Position numbers and translations under genes: made by a program. A stretch of DNA of 46,384 bases, taken from assembly GCA_039187915.1 (NCBI GenBank), contig JBCCZJ010000001.1, positions 1-46,384 on the forward strand. The letters are read 5' to 3'. This DNA is from Myxococcota bacterium (GTDB lineage Bacteria > Myxococcota_A > UBA9160 > UBA4427). The notes under the pieces were generated by a model. That model was given only the letters and a program-made list of their open reading frames with translations, was not told where the DNA came from and did not search any database. Shown here in pieces: positions 44,009 to 46,384 of the stretch (its first letter is position 1; each line of letters opens with the position of its first letter).

Positions 44009-45117
44009 GCGCGCCCCGGGATCTCGGAGAACTTCACGACCCGCGTCTCGGGCTGCGGGTGCTCCTTCGCCCGGATCCAGCGGAAGCACATCGTGCCCCG
44101 CGCGTGGCCGACGGTGTTGATCCAGTTCGGGACGCCCGGGTCTTCGTGAGCGACGACGATCCGGACCGAGCCGTCCGCTTCGTACGCTGCCGTGTGCTTG
44201 TTCACGTGGATCTTGAAGTAACGGTAGTCGAGGCTCTCCATCCAGTGGTTGTCGAGCTGGAAGTTCCAGGACTCGCATTCGGGGACCCGGGCTTCGATCA
44301 CGAGCGCCTCGTCTTCGGCCAGCTCCCAGTACGAGTGGTAGTAACAGATGTTCGGGTCACCGCCGGCGCCCATCGAGACCGAGTCGTCGAACTTGGGCAG
44401 CTGGTTGTTGTGGTTCGCGCGGAAGCCCTGCGCCCAGTTCGAGAAGAGCGACGAACAGGCGAGCACGAGCCCCGACGCCTGCTTGAGCCCGCCGTCGAGG
44501 GCCTCCGGCGTGAGCGGCGTGGGCTTGCCGTCGCCTCCGATTCGTTCGATCACGAGCTTCGCCGGGACCTCGACGTCACGGTCGAGGAAGGTCTGGCGCA
44601 CGATCAGGAGCGAGGAGTCGGGCTGCATGGGAAGCCAGTTGCCCGGCTTCTCTTCGCAGGAGAGCAGGATCTCGAAGTTCCCGTCCGCGTCCATCGCGAG
44701 GTCGGCGGCGTCGAGATGCCCGGCCTGGGTCGACTCGCCGCTGCCGGCGACGCCGTCGGACTGGGTCCCGAAGTCGAGGTAGTGGATGGTCCCGCGCTGG
44801 CCCCGGATGCGGTAGTCGTACCGTCCCGAAATGGCGGCGGACTGGTAGTAGTTGTCGGGGTTGTCGGCGCCGATCTTCGCGGTCTCGTGGACCGGGCGAT
44901 GGAGCACGGGAGCCTTCGGGTCGGCGTGCTCGATGAACTGTTCGAGCGCCGCGCGGGTGATGCGCGAGAGGTATCGGAACCCTTCCGAGCGATCGAGCGG
45001 GTCCGTCGGCGAACCCTCCGCGAGGATCACGTTCCCGGCCGCCTTCAGCGTGTCGCAGAACTCCTCCCACGTCGCGCCGTTCATCACCCGGTCGAGGCTC
45101 GTCTCTTCTTCGCTCAT
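44005..45117 (-). CDS. Conserved hypothetical protein, DUF1214-like
   Basis: Blocks GADNPDNYYQSA, PGNWLPMQP, and NWINTVGHARGTMCFRWI resemble my recollection of DUF1214-domain proteins. GGAGGG lies upstream of the ATG at 45117. Confidence 0.6.
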   Translation of the reverse strand: MSEEETSLDRVMNGATWEEFCDTLKAAGNVILAEGSPTDPLDRSEGFRYLSRITRAALEQFIEHADPKAPVLHRPVHETAKIGADNPDNYYQSAAISGRYDYRIRGQRGTIHYLDFGTQSDGVAGSGESTQAGHLDAADLAMDADGNFEILLSCEEKPGNWLPMQPDSSLLIVRQTFLDRDVEVPAKLVIERIGGDGKPTPLTPEALDGGLKQASGLVLACSSLFSNWAQGFRANHNNQLPKFDDSVSMGAGGDPNICYYHSYWELAEDEALVIEARVPECESWNFQLDNHWMESLDYRYFKIHVNKHTAAYEADGSVRIVVAHEDPGVPNWINTVGHARGTMCFRWIRAKEHPQPETRVVKFSEIPGRA

Positions 45118-45283
45118 CGTTCCCTCCCGGCCGCCCGCGGCCGCGTCCCACGGTACGCGACCGCGCCCGCTCGGGGCATCGCCCATCGGCAGACGCGATC
45201 CGGCGCAGGGTCCAAGGCGGGGCGCGCCCCCCGGCGAGAACGTCGCGATGGAGCCCCGACCTCGTCTGCTAAGGTCGCGCGCC

Positions 45284-46243
45284 ATGTCCGCCCCCCGGAT
45301 CTTCATCGACGGCCATGTCGGCACGACCGGCCTCCGCATCCGCGACTGGCTCGCGGGACGGGACGATTGCGAGATCTGGACCCTGCCCGAATCGGAACGA
45401 AAATCCGAAGCGGCGCGGAAGAAGGCGATCGCCGAGGCGGACGTGTCGGTCCTCTGCCTGCCCGACGAGGCCGCCGTGGAAGCAGCGGGCTGGGCCGCGG
45501 AGAGCGGAGGTCGGATCGTCGACGCCAGCTCCGCTCATCGCGTCGCCGAGGGGTGGGTCTACGGCCTGCCCGAGCTCACCCCGGACCATCGCGAAACGAT
45601 CGCCAACGCGCAGCTCGTCTCGAACCCGGGCTGTTACCCGTCGATCTTCATCCCCCTCGTCCGCCCGCTGATCGACGAGGGCCTGCTCGAGAAGCGCGCC
45701 GGTCTCGCGATTCATGGTCTCTCCGGCTACTCGGGCGGAGGCAAGACGCTGATCGAACGCTGGGAGGCGCCCGACGAAGGGCGCGTCGGTCTCCCCTACG
45801 AAGCGCCCTACGCGCTCGAGAAGGTCCACAAGCATTCGCCCGAGATGCAGACCTACGCGCTGCTGGAGCATCCGCCGCACTTCCGGCCCGCGGTCGGTCC
45901 GTTCAAGTGCGGCATGCGCGTCGAGGTCCCGATCCATCGCAGCCTGCTGCCTGCGGGCACGACCGGCGAGCGGCTCTGGCAGGTCCTCGCCGACCGCTAT
46001 GCGGGAGAGCCCTTCGTGCGGGTCGCGCCCTTCGGTGGTCTCGAGCCCGTCGACGACTTCGCGCTGGACCCGCAGGCCATGAACGACACGAACGGGCTGC
46101 GCCTCCACGTGCTGCCGAACGCCGCGGGCCACGTCCTGCTCGTGGGGATCCTCGACAACCTGGGCAAGGGCGCCTCGGGCGTCGCGATCCAGTCGCTGAA
46201 CCTGATGCTCGGGCTCGACGAGACGGCGGGGCTCCCCCGCTAG
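45284..46243 (+). CDS. argC: N-acetyl-gamma-glutamyl-phosphate reductase (short, type-2 ArgC)
   Basis: IFIDGHVGTTGLRIRDWL, active-site SNPGCYPS, and C-terminal DNLGKGASGVAIQSLNLMLGL. Confidence 0.9.
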   Translation: MSAPRIFIDGHVGTTGLRIRDWLAGRDDCEIWTLPESERKSEAARKKAIAEADVSVLCLPDEAAVEAAGWAAESGGRIVDASSAHRVAEGWVYGLPELTPDHRETIANAQLVSNPGCYPSIFIPLVRPLIDEGLLEKRAGLAIHGLSGYSGGGKTLIERWEAPDEGRVGLPYEAPYALEKVHKHSPEMQTYALLEHPPHFRPAVGPFKCGMRVEVPIHRSLLPAGTTGERLWQVLADRYAGEPFVRVAPFGGLEPVDDFALDPQAMNDTNGLRLHVLPNAAGHVLLVGILDNLGKGASGVAIQSLNLMLGLDETAGLPR

Positions 46244-46384
46244 CGCGCGGCCGCCCAAGTCGCCGCGCCGCGGAATTCCCTGGGATTCCGAGTGCTTGCC
46301 GGTGCGCTGCCGCTCCGCGCCGTCGCCTTCGACCTCGTCCGATCGGCCGATTTCGAAAATCGACCCTTGTGTGAACCTCTTCAC

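Noticed and set aside
44059-46374. 771-aa plus-strand ORF, and the 371-aa minus-strand ORF at 45269-46384
   Set aside because: These are shadow frames of the DUF1214-like gene and argC. Their composition is dominated by Arg/Pro/Gly, and they have no independent support.

Overview
This is a 46.4-kb, very GC-rich bacterial chromosomal segment with strong GC3 codon bias, so the ORF track holds many long antisense 'shadow' ORFs. Lipoboxes, Wzx/Wzy, RmuC and ComM suggest a Gram-negative-type organism. I support 42 protein-coding genes plus a few RNA or regulatory candidates. I saw no rRNA, tRNA, CRISPR array, transposase or integrase.

Housekeeping genes flank the window: GNAT-folC, an NRDE/TANGO2-like protein, comM, fur, apt-mtnA, a CaCA antiporter, an LLM oxidoreductase, rmuC, an acetolactate-synthase-like TPP enzyme and argC. 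Between them lies a ~24-kb Wzx/Wzy-type polysaccharide locus (8985-33279). It holds a UDP-glucuronate 4-epimerase-like gene, four GT1/GT4 glycosyltransferases, an MBOAT + SGNH O-acyltransferase pair, a flippase, an O-antigen-polymerase-family protein, three PAPS-type sulfotransferases, a SAM methyltransferase and an unusual tailoring cassette.

Most interesting:
- (i) The stop/start-coupled cassette EEP phosphoesterase / PaaK-CapK-like adenylating ligase / DUF362 / ADH-GFO bi-domain oxidoreductase / methyltransferase. It has a divergent class-III aminotransferase and feeds into a sulfotransferase-rich glycan operon. That operon ends in a 569-aa secreted protein of no recognisable family.
- (ii) A 194-aa protein fusing a two-zinc Cys6His2 finger to a histone-fold-like C-terminus (35340-35924).
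- (iii) An orphan, very strong intrinsic terminator (candidate ~80-nt sRNA) followed by a degenerate T-tract tandem repeat array, in the 530-bp divergent region upstream of comM (4606-5134).
- (iv) A second sulfotransferase operon, DUF1214-sulfotransferase-SDR (41865-45117).

All family calls come from motif recognition by eye. No database search was possible.
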